From positions 1 through 64,000 of the forward strand of contig JAEOTE010000025.1 in assembly GCA_016839945.1 (NCBI GenBank): a DNA stretch of 64,000 nucleotides. Direction: 5' to 3'. This document shows positions 19,908 to 29,360 of the stretch, piece after piece. Under the pieces are notes generated by a model. That model ran no database searches and was not told the origin of the DNA. It saw only the letters and a program-made list of their open reading frames with translations. Numbering within the stretch: the stretch's first letter is position 1; every line of letters begins with the position of its first letter. The position numbers and the translations under genes are program-made. Source of the DNA: Candidatus Heimdallarchaeota archaeon (GTDB lineage: Archaea > Asgardarchaeota > Heimdallarchaeia > Heimdallarchaeales > Heimdallarchaeaceae).

Positions 19908-21257
19908 ATGTTAACAACACGGCAGAAAATATCTTATGGGATTTGTAGATTAGGGACTTCACTTCTTCTAAATGTAGTTACAGTGTTTACTTTTTGGGCA
20001 TACAAAGATATGTTTGAAATACCCGCAGAATTGAGCGGAATTGGAAATGCTATAGGTAAAATAGCTATTGCAATCTCAGGTTTCGTTTTTGGATATTTAT
20101 CAGATGTTATTGATCCATCTAAAAGAAAACTGGGCAGAAGAAAATTTTTCATCTGGACCGGAGCTCCACTTTTAGCAATCTCATTTATTATGTTATTTAC
20201 TCCCCATCTTTTTATCCCAGTAGAACAACAAACAATGAGATTTGTTTGGTTAATAATCTGGAATTCGATGTTTCATTTGTTTTACGGTTATTTATTAATG
20301 CCTTACCAAGCTTGGTATGTTGAAATAACAAATGATGATGAAAGGATAGGTGTTTCAGCTATTCAGAATGTATCAAATTTATCTGCAAGTTTGATTGGCG
20401 CTGGTTATATCCTTTTTATATCAGATTATTATGGTGAGACAACGAAAATTGAGGGGACTTCGGGAATTTGGTTGCTAGTTTTTGCTATCGTGTTCGCAAT
20501 AGTTGAAGTCGCGTTGTTTTTACCTGCACTTCTAACTATAAAGGAAAAGCCGATTAAGTTTGTAAAAAGGAATATCTGGAAAGAAGTCAAAGTTACGTTA
20601 AAAAATCGTAATTATGTAATTTATATGATTAGTTTTAGTATTATGTGGGTAGGTGTGATATACGTTACGGCTCTGCTACTGGATTTTATCCACATAATCT
20701 TAGAATTTGATACGAATGCAGAAACGCTTCCTTTTGCTGCTGCTCTTTTTGTCTCAACAATACTAGCATATGCGTTCTGGACGCCAGTTGGTAATAAAAT
20801 AGGAAAGAAAAAAGCTCTTGCTATATCATATGTCGTTTTAATCATCTGGATCCCACTTACTCCATTGATCGGAAAAATTACCTTTCTTCCTTTAGCTGTT
20901 CAAGGTTACATCTTCGGTATTGTAGCAGTATTTTTTATTGCTCCATCATTTCTATTACCATACGCCATAATAGGTGATATAGCAGATAAAGACGAAAGAG
21001 ATACTTCTCTAAATAGAGCTGGACTTTATACTGGATTTAAGAACATCCCGATAAACATAGGACAAGCGATTGGATATATCATGGCTGGATTTTTGAGTGC
21101 ATTACCTGATAATTTTGGTTTAACTTGGTTAGGTCCTATTTCTGTAGTTTTTCTTGTAGCAGGTTTACCAATTTTCCTTTTAGGAAATTATGATCCGTTT
21201 ATGAAGAAGGTTGAAGTATCGAAAAATGAAGAAATTTTGGAAAATAAAAATAATTAG
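19908..21257 (+). CDS. MFS transporter, GPH (melibiose/glycoside) family
   Basis: GYLSD...GRRK, 12 TM, D.DE..T...RAG.Y; ATG at 19908 preferred because it aligns with the paralogue at 31565-32941. Confidence 0.88.
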   Translation: MLTTRQKISYGICRLGTSLLLNVVTVFTFWAYKDMFEIPAELSGIGNAIGKIAIAISGFVFGYLSDVIDPSKRKLGRRKFFIWTGAPLLAISFIMLFTPHLFIPVEQQTMRFVWLIIWNSMFHLFYGYLLMPYQAWYVEITNDDERIGVSAIQNVSNLSASLIGAGYILFISDYYGETTKIEGTSGIWLLVFAIVFAIVEVALFLPALLTIKEKPIKFVKRNIWKEVKVTLKNRNYVIYMISFSIMWVGVIYVTALLLDFIHIILEFDTNAETLPFAAALFVSTILAYAFWTPVGNKIGKKKALAISYVVLIIWIPLTPLIGKITFLPLAVQGYIFGIVAVFFIAPSFLLPYAIIGDIADKDERDTSLNRAGLYTGFKNIPINIGQAIGYIMAGFLSALPDNFGLTWLGPISVVFLVAGLPIFLLGNYDPFMKKVEVSKNEEILENKNN

Positions 21258-21379
21258 TAGTTAAAGATACCATTCATGGCTGCTTGAGTTAGCTGCTCAA
21301 TTCTTGAAGTTTCTTTAGCTACTCTTAAGGCTGTTTCTAGTTCTTTTGCTTGTTTTTGTGTTTTTACTTTGTATGACAT
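21254..21379 (-). CDS. small hypothetical protein (41 aa), not in ORF track
   Basis: ATG..TAA ORF MSYKVKTQKQAKELETALRVAKETSRIEQLTQAAMNGIFNY; GTGAG SD-like motif upstream; stop overlaps the convergent MFS stop. Confidence 0.5.
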   Translation of the reverse strand: MSYKVKTQKQAKELETALRVAKETSRIEQLTQAAMNGIFNY

Positions 21380-21579
21380 TTTTTCTCACTATCTATAACA
21401 TAAAAATCGTATTTATTAAGCGTTTTTTTAATTAATTATATAAAACGTTAAACTTTTGTTGAGGATGAAGCAGTGTAATGATTAAAGCTAGAAAACTCTT
21501 AGTGAATAGCTTTAACCAATGGGTTAAAGCTTGCATACTTGAGAGAAAAATATATAGGTTTCGGATATTTTTCTATCTC

Positions 21580-22386
21580 ATGGTTGGATATACTCTACTC
21601 TCTTGGAATGTAAATGGTATTAGAGCAATGTCAAAAAAGGTGATTTATCAGAGAGTTAAGTTCAACACATGGTTAAATAGAACCTCTCCTGATATGCTTT
21701 GCATTCAAGAAACTAAAGCTCATCCTGATCAACTAACATCTAAATTACTAAATCCTCAAGGATACAAGAGCTATTGGAATTCAGCTGAAAAAAAAGGTTA
21801 TAGCGGTGTGGCAACATATTCTAAAATCACACCATTAAGAGTTAATTATAAAATTGGTGAAGAGAAATTTGATAGAGAAGGAAGAATAATTGAAACGGAA
21901 TATCCAGAATTTGTTCTTTTCAATGTATATTTTCCTAATGGTAAACTAAATGAAGAAAGGTTAAAATACAAACTAGAATTTTACGATTATTTCCTAGGAT
22001 ATATAGAAAAAGTAAGAGAGGAAGGAAAATCAATTGTTGTTTGTGGAGATGTTAACACAGCTCATACAGAAATTGATCTTACTCATCCAAAGAGTAACGA
22101 AAATGTTTCAGGGTTTCTACCGATAGAAAGAAAATGGATTGATAAGTTACTTTCCTTAGGTTATGTAGACACTTTTCGTCATTTCAATAAAGAACCTAAA
22201 CACTATACTTGGTGGTCGGTAAGGAACATTGTTAAAGGTGTTACTGCTAGGGAAAGGAATGTTGGATGGAGAATAGATTATTTCTTTGTTACAGAAGATA
22301 TTATCGAAAACGTTAGAGAGTCATATATGCTTCCTGAAGTGATTGGATCAGATCATTGTCCTTTAGTCCTTAAATTAGATTTTTAG
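21580..22386 (+). CDS. xth: exodeoxyribonuclease III / AP endonuclease
   Basis: SWNVNGIRA, QETK, GYSGVA, GDVNTAH, GWRIDYF, GSDHCP; start moved to ATG 21580. Confidence 0.95.
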   Translation: MVGYTLLSWNVNGIRAMSKKVIYQRVKFNTWLNRTSPDMLCIQETKAHPDQLTSKLLNPQGYKSYWNSAEKKGYSGVATYSKITPLRVNYKIGEEKFDREGRIIETEYPEFVLFNVYFPNGKLNEERLKYKLEFYDYFLGYIEKVREEGKSIVVCGDVNTAHTEIDLTHPKSNENVSGFLPIERKWIDKLLSLGYVDTFRHFNKEPKHYTWWSVRNIVKGVTARERNVGWRIDYFFVTEDIIENVRESYMLPEVIGSDHCPLVLKLDF

Positions 22387-22442
22387 CAATAAATTATTGA
22401 AACAAGAAAGGTTTATTATTCTAAAAATAAATTTCTAGTATT

Positions 22443-22793
22443 ATGTATATGGTAAAATCTGGTAAATTTAAAGATTTAATGGCTACACCTTTTAGAGATT
22501 GGTTTATTAAGGAAGAAAATATTCAAAGATTAAAAAATGCTCTTCCAGAAGGAATGAAATACGTTGATACCTATGTTACTATCATGAATACTGGTGAATA
22601 TGATTATGAAATCTGGTTCGAGTTAGATAACTGGGAGGTTATAGATGTGCTTCGAAACCACGATCCATGGTGGGAATTTTATGAGCAAAAAATGAAGGAA
22701 ATAGGTTTATTTGATAAACAAAGACCAGACAATAAATTCCTTCGTAAATTATCAGATGTTTTAATATCTGAGCCAGATCCATCAGAAGACTAG
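22443..22793 (+). CDS. hypothetical protein
   Basis: 116-aa ORF with TATA-like element upstream; possibly a dimeric alpha-beta barrel. Confidence 0.65.
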   Translation: MYMVKSGKFKDLMATPFRDWFIKEENIQRLKNALPEGMKYVDTYVTIMNTGEYDYEIWFELDNWEVIDVLRNHDPWWEFYEQKMKEIGLFDKQRPDNKFLRKLSDVLISEPDPSED

Positions 22794-22916
22794 AGTAATT
22801 AATAAAACGCTCCCAATGATTTTCAAAATCAACAAGAAGTAATCTCAAATAAATCTGGAATTTGATTACATGTATTAGATATAAATATAAATAGAGTTCA
22901 ATATACCTGCAAATAT

Positions 22917-23723
22917 ATGTTTGAAATTTTAGAATTAGAAGATATAGACGAGAAGATTTTTTGGGATTATGTTCTCAGTGATGTTCCAAGATATTTCTTT
23001 TTCATTCTAGATTTAAAACAATATCCTGAAAGCTGTCGGTTCTTTCTTGCAATTGAGAATGACATCATAGTAGGTTTATGCCTCATTTGGAAAAATCATG
23101 TTGCTCAAATTCGAGGTCAAAATGAAAAAATAATAAAAGCTCTAATAGAAGTAATCCCTAAAGATATTCCAATTGACGAGATTAGTGTTGAGTATAAGTA
23201 CAAAGAACTACTGCATTCCCTGTTTCCTAAACCAAAGAATAAGTTTTCATTACACAGGATGGTACTGCAAAAAGAAAAAATGATTCCTCGATTCCCATTA
23301 AACAAACCTTTTACTGAGAGGATATTAACTAAAGAAGATGCACCAAAGATTGTCAAGCTAATGAAAAAGGCTGATTCTTTTTATTGGAGTAAAATAACTG
23401 TTGATGATTTAACTTTTGATGAAAATCAGAATTATTACAGTCTCTTTGATGATAACAAATTAATCTGTTTCACTTTAGCATGGATTGATGAGACAGCTGC
23501 AATTATCTCAACTGCAGCAACACTTCCAAAATATCAAAACAAGGGACTTGCTACATATTTAGTTAATGAAACAATACACAAAATGATGGAGCATACAGAA
23601 ATTGCAATTATACATGTGATTACTGAAAACAAGCCTGCGATAAGAGTATATTCCAAAATAGGATATGAAATATATTCGACTTATGAAATTATAGAATTAA
23701 ATAAAAGTCCAATGAAATCCTGA
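22917..23723 (+). CDS. GNAT-family acetyltransferase
   Basis: T.PKYQNKGLAT motif A; N.PAIRVYSKIGY. Confidence 0.88.
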   Translation: MFEILELEDIDEKIFWDYVLSDVPRYFFFILDLKQYPESCRFFLAIENDIIVGLCLIWKNHVAQIRGQNEKIIKALIEVIPKDIPIDEISVEYKYKELLHSLFPKPKNKFSLHRMVLQKEKMIPRFPLNKPFTERILTKEDAPKIVKLMKKADSFYWSKITVDDLTFDENQNYYSLFDDNKLICFTLAWIDETAAIISTAATLPKYQNKGLATYLVNETIHKMMEHTEIAIIHVITENKPAIRVYSKIGYEIYSTYEIIELNKSPMKS

Positions 23724-23744
23724 TTCTCTTTATAATTTTATTCT

Positions 23745-25016
23745 TTAACTATCAGATTTTTTTCTAGTTTTGATAATTAGAAATTCCGCGAAAATATCGT
23801 TATCTAAATACGCTTTACTAGGAAATCTCTCTACTAGTTCTTCTGAAGCTCTTGGCTCACTCATCTCTATTATTTCTAGGTTATTTTTTACAAGTTCGTT
23901 AACATATGAACTAATTGGTCTTTGAAAACAAACACTTGGGAATCCCTCCCAGTAGGTGATAAGTACTGGTCTCTCATCAAAATAATTCTGTAATATTCTT
24001 ATTCTATCCTCATTTCTTTTACTACCTTTTGGGATTCGTAATGTTGTTGCTGCAGGAAATGAAAATGCTGGATGGGTTATACTGAAAACAAAAATCCCAT
24101 TATCTTTTAGAACATGTGCAATATTTTTGAGTGTAACCTTAAAATCAGCAATATCCATCAATGCCATATTACATACAACTTTGTCAAAATAACCTCTTTC
24201 AAATTCATAATGAAGTTCTTCAGCATTTAGTTTCAATAATCTAATTCCCAATTTATCCTTCTTTTCTCTTTCAATTGCTCTGTCAATCATGTTTGAAATA
24301 TCTATACCAGTTACTTTTGCTCCAAGTTTAGCTAAGTATCTAACAACAGTGCCTTCACCACAAGCAACATCTAGAATTTCTTCATCCTTTTTTGCATTAA
24401 GTAAACGATATACATCTGGTAAGATTAAATGTGTGTGGTGATATTCTTTTTCATCTTCTTCTGGTGATATCCATTTAGATGCTAATGCATCCCAAGTGCT
24501 TTTTGGGGTGTATTCATCAAGGGTTTCGAGTCTCTTATGTCTAACTGAATCTCCTGTTGAAAGGATTCTCTCTGAACCCCAAGCTTTATGAGGAAATTTT
24601 TGAGCTTCTAGCTCCTCTTTGTAGATAGGCATCCAGACAACCACATTTTCTTTTGGTTTAAGGTCACCTATTTGGAAAGGATGAGTGCCATCATATTCTG
24701 CAAAATCTAAAGCGGGATTGAGTTTACCACATTTATGACAAGGAATGGAATAGTAATAATCATAACATAGGAATTCTTCTCGTACCATTTTTTCTTCTGC
24801 ACAACTTTTGCAAGTAAAGTCTTTGCACGAAGAACACCAAGCTATTCCATTAAAGTGAACACTTGACTCACATTTACTACAATTATATTCCCAATGTAAG
24901 TGACATCTAGGAGTAAAATCATCTCTATCATGTATGGCGTTATTGATAGGATAGTCTGTTGCAATTTTATTGTATTCAAAACAGTAAAAACAAGGTTGAA
25001 ATCCTTGAAGGTCCAT
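23745..25016 (-). CDS. class I SAM methyltransferase with N-terminal multi-Cys zinc-finger region
   Basis: Five CxxC pairs plus CHLH in the first 100 aa; ILDVACGEG, TGIDIS, FDKVVCNMALMD. Confidence 0.85.
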   Translation of the reverse strand: MDLQGFQPCFYCFEYNKIATDYPINNAIHDRDDFTPRCHLHWEYNCSKCESSVHFNGIAWCSSCKDFTCKSCAEEKMVREEFLCYDYYYSIPCHKCGKLNPALDFAEYDGTHPFQIGDLKPKENVVVWMPIYKEELEAQKFPHKAWGSERILSTGDSVRHKRLETLDEYTPKSTWDALASKWISPEEDEKEYHHTHLILPDVYRLLNAKKDEEILDVACGEGTVVRYLAKLGAKVTGIDISNMIDRAIEREKKDKLGIRLLKLNAEELHYEFERGYFDKVVCNMALMDIADFKVTLKNIAHVLKDNGIFVFSITHPAFSFPAATTLRIPKGSKRNEDRIRILQNYFDERPVLITYWEGFPSVCFQRPISSYVNELVKNNLEIIEMSEPRASEELVERFPSKAYLDNDIFAEFLIIKTRKKSDS

Positions 25017-25067
25017 AGATTACTTTATTACAATACATTAAAAAAATGACGGAAGATGTTTTTATGT

Positions 25068-25949
25068 TTAATCTTTAATTCGAGATTTAATATAAATTGT
25101 TGAGATAACCATAACAATAATTGATGTTACTAAAAGAAATCCTGAAGTTGGATGAAGTGTCCATAAAGATTCATAAGCATACTCAACAAATACCCAATAA
25201 TCTTCGATAACTGTTTCTTCCCAAGACCAAACATAACTTTTACCATTAGTAAAATTAAAGATAGAGAATTTTAAATTATCATAAAGATCGGTGTTATTGT
25301 AGAAATACTTTGGTTGTTCTCCGTAAATTCTAAATTCAACAGTTTCTGTTGTTACTCCATTCCATGCTCTGGCTGTTCCTACATCATATGTTATCATAAT
25401 GGTGTCAAAGATATTTGTATCTTTATTAGCAATGGTGTCTGAAAATTTGTTTATTTCTGAACTGAAAGTATAACGAATAGAAGTGTTCGAATAACTTGAA
25501 ATATTTGCAACACATATGGCATATTTTCTGCCATACAAGGATGGAGGTTCATATTTACTAAGGAAAAGTTGAGTAATATTAAATTCCTTTTCCATTCCTT
25601 CAATTTCTATTTTCAGTGTTTTTTCTATATCGTAATATGAATAAAATGGAGCTGCAATTGTAACTACTTGAGTTTCCCCTGGATTATAGATTGTATAATT
25701 ACCATCAAAAGATATCATGAAATCTCCTTCTTCTTTAAAAGTCTCATTGATATTCATCAATACATTAGCTTCTATCATTTGCAGATTAGTTTCAGTATCA
25801 GTAAAAATACCTCCAATAGCTTCTTCCATTACAATCAAAGGATTAGACTGGATGTTTAGATTATCTAATTTCATAGGAACAAAGAAAAGCAAAAGAATCA
25901 TTATTAGAGGAATGATACTCTTAGTTTTCCGATTAAAGAAGTAAATCAT
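25068..25949 (-). CDS. secreted, C-terminally anchored protein (DUF4424-like)
   Basis: Signal peptide, C-terminal TM, YDVGTARAWNG; paralogue of next gene. Confidence 0.7.
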   Translation of the reverse strand: MIYFFNRKTKSIIPLIMILLLFFVPMKLDNLNIQSNPLIVMEEAIGGIFTDTETNLQMIEANVLMNINETFKEEGDFMISFDGNYTIYNPGETQVVTIAAPFYSYYDIEKTLKIEIEGMEKEFNITQLFLSKYEPPSLYGRKYAICVANISSYSNTSIRYTFSSEINKFSDTIANKDTNIFDTIMITYDVGTARAWNGVTTETVEFRIYGEQPKYFYNNTDLYDNLKFSIFNFTNGKSYVWSWEETVIEDYWVFVEYAYESLWTLHPTSGFLLVTSIIVMVISTIYIKSRIKD

Positions 25950-26027
25950 CTAAAAAAATGTTAAAACATAAACAAAGATAAATTTTTTGAATTAACAGAA
26001 TATTCACATAAATTCGAATTGTGATTA

Positions 26028-26927
26028 TTACATTTTTTTCCCTTTTCTGATTTTTATGACTTTAATAATTATAAAAACTATACATGCTAAAAATGCAGCA
26101 GATCCAAGAGTTACACCTATAATGAATTGATTTAAAGGTGAAATTCTTCTTTGATAAAAAGGGAAATGACACGTAATTCTGTCCTCCTCTATTCTTTCAT
26201 TTTTCCATGACCAAGAATATTTAAAACCATTTTCTACTTCCTTAATGGTGGGTTCTATTTCATACCAGTCAGTTTCATTTCTTCCTGTACATCTAAGAGT
26301 AGTAGGTTGTTGTCCATAAGCTGCAATTGTTACGGTTTCAGTAATGTTTCCCGACCATGCTCTTGCTGTACCTATGTCGTAGTGTAAAAAAGCTAATCCA
26401 TAAACTATGTTTCCCACTTTCCAGAACAATTTGTAATCAAATGAATAATGAAGAGTCGTACTTGTGTTTGAAACAAATGTCAGATTTGATACATAAACGT
26501 CTCTCTCTATTGGGTCACTTAAATATTCATACCATGGACTATCTTCATAATATTCAATAGTCATAATTTCATATTCAATTTCTGTACCATTAGCAAGAAC
26601 TCTAAAATTATTGAAATCAAACGAAGCCCAATGTACAAAAGGTGCACCAACTAGAGTAGTAGTTGTTTCATTTGGATTAAATATAGTGTAATTAGCATTA
26701 AACCTTATTTGGTATTCTTTAAGATTATCAGTACTTGATACTTCAAAAAGAACTTGAGCTTCTGGCATCATAAGATTTGTATTGTTTTTTGGAATAATCA
26801 TACCAAACTCATCTTCATCAACATTAATCTCATTTGCATTTACTTCATGAATTCCTATCGGAAGATAAACAGTTCCAACAAGTATCAGTATTGCACTTAT
26901 AATACTAGTTGCTTTAGTTTTTAGCAA
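26028..26927 (-). CDS. secreted, C-terminally anchored protein (DUF4424-like)
   Basis: Signal peptide, NYTIFNP, YDIGTARAWSG, C-terminal TM. Confidence 0.7.
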   Translation of the reverse strand: MLKTKATSIISAILILVGTVYLPIGIHEVNANEINVDEDEFGMIIPKNNTNLMMPEAQVLFEVSSTDNLKEYQIRFNANYTIFNPNETTTTLVGAPFVHWASFDFNNFRVLANGTEIEYEIMTIEYYEDSPWYEYLSDPIERDVYVSNLTFVSNTSTTLHYSFDYKLFWKVGNIVYGLAFLHYDIGTARAWSGNITETVTIAAYGQQPTTLRCTGRNETDWYEIEPTIKEVENGFKYSWSWKNERIEEDRITCHFPFYQRRISPLNQFIIGVTLGSAAFLACIVFIIIKVIKIRKGKKM

Positions 26928-27098
26928 AGAACATTACCCAAATGTAATATTCAATTATCCATTTATTTCTTTCTTAATAGAACTAATTGTTGTTTTTCAT
27001 TATATTGCAAAGGAGGAGACCTTTTTGGATGGGACACCTTGTTAAAATGACATACCTAACCGGCAGTGGAAATTAGTAACGCTTCCACTGGAGAAAAT

Positions 27099-27800
27099 TT
27101 ATGAATTTTCGATCTCTTCTCCAGTAATTTCTTCAATTTCTTTAATCCCTACTCCAACAATACCATATTCTGCAACCCATCGAGTAATAGTTTCTCTTAA
27201 CTCATGTATTCCATCCATACTTAAACAAGAGGTTTCAATTGACATAATCCTTTCTTCTTTAACTGGAAGTTCATGATCCTTGACGAAAGCTTTGATGTAA
27301 TCCATTGCACTAATTATTACCTTTTCATCTGGTTGAAGCAAATCAGTCTTATTAGGAACTAGAATAATCAGTGTTTTTTCATATATCCAATCTTTGACAT
27401 AAGCAAATTTTAACCACATCTCCAAAGATTCTAGTGTTCTATGATTTGTTACATCAAAGATAAGTAAAAGAACAGACACTTTTATCATAGCTGGAAAACA
27501 ATCGAAGATATCCAATATTTCTTCAAAAGTTGTAACATGAGGGTTGTCTTTTTGTCTTTGTCCTGGAAAGATATAGATTTGTGGTGTAGAAGTTACTACC
27601 TTATCTCCTACTAGAATTTTATCTGTCAGAAATTCCATTTCTATGTTGTAGGATTTTTTAGTTTTAAGTAAAACATCATTATGTTCAACTGAAGTAATGT
27701 GCGGATTGATTAATAATCTAGACAAAACAGATTTCCCAGTTAATCCATCACCTAAAGGTATTATGCTACCAGTTGCATAATTCTTCATTTCACTAGTCAT
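27099..27800 (-). CDS. Ras-superfamily small GTPase, divergent
   Basis: G1 GDGLTGKS, G3-like IFPGQ, LIFDVTN, G4 NKTD, G5 ETSC. Confidence 0.8.
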   Translation of the reverse strand: MTSEMKNYATGSIIPLGDGLTGKSVLSRLLINPHITSVEHNDVLLKTKKSYNIEMEFLTDKILVGDKVVTSTPQIYIFPGQRQKDNPHVTTFEEILDIFDCFPAMIKVSVLLLIFDVTNHRTLESLEMWLKFAYVKDWIYEKTLIILVPNKTDLLQPDEKVIISAMDYIKAFVKDHELPVKEERIMSIETSCLSMDGIHELRETITRWVAEYGIVGVGIKEIEEITGEEIENS

Positions 27801-28049
27801 TTATATCTGTCCGTCTATTATACACTACAATAACACTCTTTTCCAAACTGAACACTTAAAGAATGTTCTTATGTTACAATATGAAAAAGGGAATAAAATT
27901 CTTTTTAAAGTATCAATCCACATAAAAGATTGTAATCTTTTTTGATTTATTGTATTTCTACTTTATAGTCCAAGAAGTTTCATAGTTGTGGAGAAATCTT
28001 TAAAGCAACTTCTAAACAAAGAGAGTTAACTATATTTGGTGAATTATTA

Positions 28050-29294
28050 ATGTATGACCAGTTTAGAGAAATAGGCCCTCATTTTGAACTATCAGATACA
28101 CATAAAATGGTAAAACAAAGTGTAAGGGAATTTGCAGAAGCAGAAATAGCACCATATGTAAAAGAATGGGATCAAGCTCATCAATTCCATAAACCTATAC
28201 TTAAGAAAATGGCAGAACAAGGTTTACTTGGAATTAGTATTCCTGTTAAGTATGGTGGTGGAGGATTAGATTATATCTCACTTGCAATAGCATGTGAAGA
28301 ATTAGAAAGAATTGATACAGCTTTTAGAGTTATACTATCAGTACACAATGGTTTGACAACGTTGACAATTTTTCAATGGGGAACTCCTGAACAGAAGAAA
28401 CAATATCTCCCCTCACTCGCATCGGGAGAAGTAATGAGTACTTATGGACTAACAGAACCAGCAGCTGGAAGTGACCCAGCAGGATTAAAAGCTACATGCA
28501 AACTTGAAGGAGATGAATGGATCATTAATGGAGAAAAAATGTGGATTAGTTACACAGAATCCTCTGATTTATTCCTTATTTTTGCATATGAAGTAGATGT
28601 TCGACATAAAGGAATGAGAGCATTTATTGTTGAGAGAGATTTTGGTGGAATTACTACAGGTAATCTTGAACATAAAATGGGAATAAAAGCTGGAGAAACT
28701 GGATGGATTCATCTAGATAATACTCCTGTACCTAAAGAGAACCTACTTGGTTTGCCTGATGAAGGATTTAAAGTTGCTATGGGTGCTCTTGATTGGGGTA
28801 GGTACACTGTAGCAGGTGGAGCTGTTGGGGGAGCTAAAGCATCTCTAGAAGCTGCAGTTGAATATGCAAATGAAAGGGAAACTTTTGGAAAAAAAATAAG
28901 CCATCATCAATTCATTCAAGGTATGATAGCTGAATGTGTTTCTGACATAGAAGCAGCAGAGCTCATAACTTGGAAAGCTGGTTGGGCAAAAAATCAAGGA
29001 AAAATTAATACACGTGAAACAGCTTTAGCAAAATGGTATGCAACTAATGCAGCTGTCAGATGCGCAGACAGAGCTATTCAAATTCATGGAGCTTATGGTT
29101 TTAGCGATGACTATCCTGTAGCTAGATATTATCGAAATGTTAGAGGAGCTACTATCTATGAAGGAAGTAATGAAATACAAAAGATAATCCAAGCTCGTTA
29201 TGAACTTGGTTTTTATGAAGATAAGCCTTTAAGATGCATGCCTCCTGCTTATGATCCTGAAGAATGGGCAAAAGAAGATACAGATAAGTTCTGA
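28050..29294 (+). CDS. acyl-CoA dehydrogenase
   Basis: GLTEPAAGSD, NGEKMWIS, QIHGAYG, IYEGSNEIQ. Confidence 0.95.
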   Translation: MYDQFREIGPHFELSDTHKMVKQSVREFAEAEIAPYVKEWDQAHQFHKPILKKMAEQGLLGISIPVKYGGGGLDYISLAIACEELERIDTAFRVILSVHNGLTTLTIFQWGTPEQKKQYLPSLASGEVMSTYGLTEPAAGSDPAGLKATCKLEGDEWIINGEKMWISYTESSDLFLIFAYEVDVRHKGMRAFIVERDFGGITTGNLEHKMGIKAGETGWIHLDNTPVPKENLLGLPDEGFKVAMGALDWGRYTVAGGAVGGAKASLEAAVEYANERETFGKKISHHQFIQGMIAECVSDIEAAELITWKAGWAKNQGKINTRETALAKWYATNAAVRCADRAIQIHGAYGFSDDYPVARYYRNVRGATIYEGSNEIQKIIQARYELGFYEDKPLRCMPPAYDPEEWAKEDTDKF

Positions 29295-29360
29295 TATCTT
29301 TTCTTCTCTTCTCAATTTTTTCTGCTAAATCTTTTTAATAATAAACTTAAACTGTTTCTT

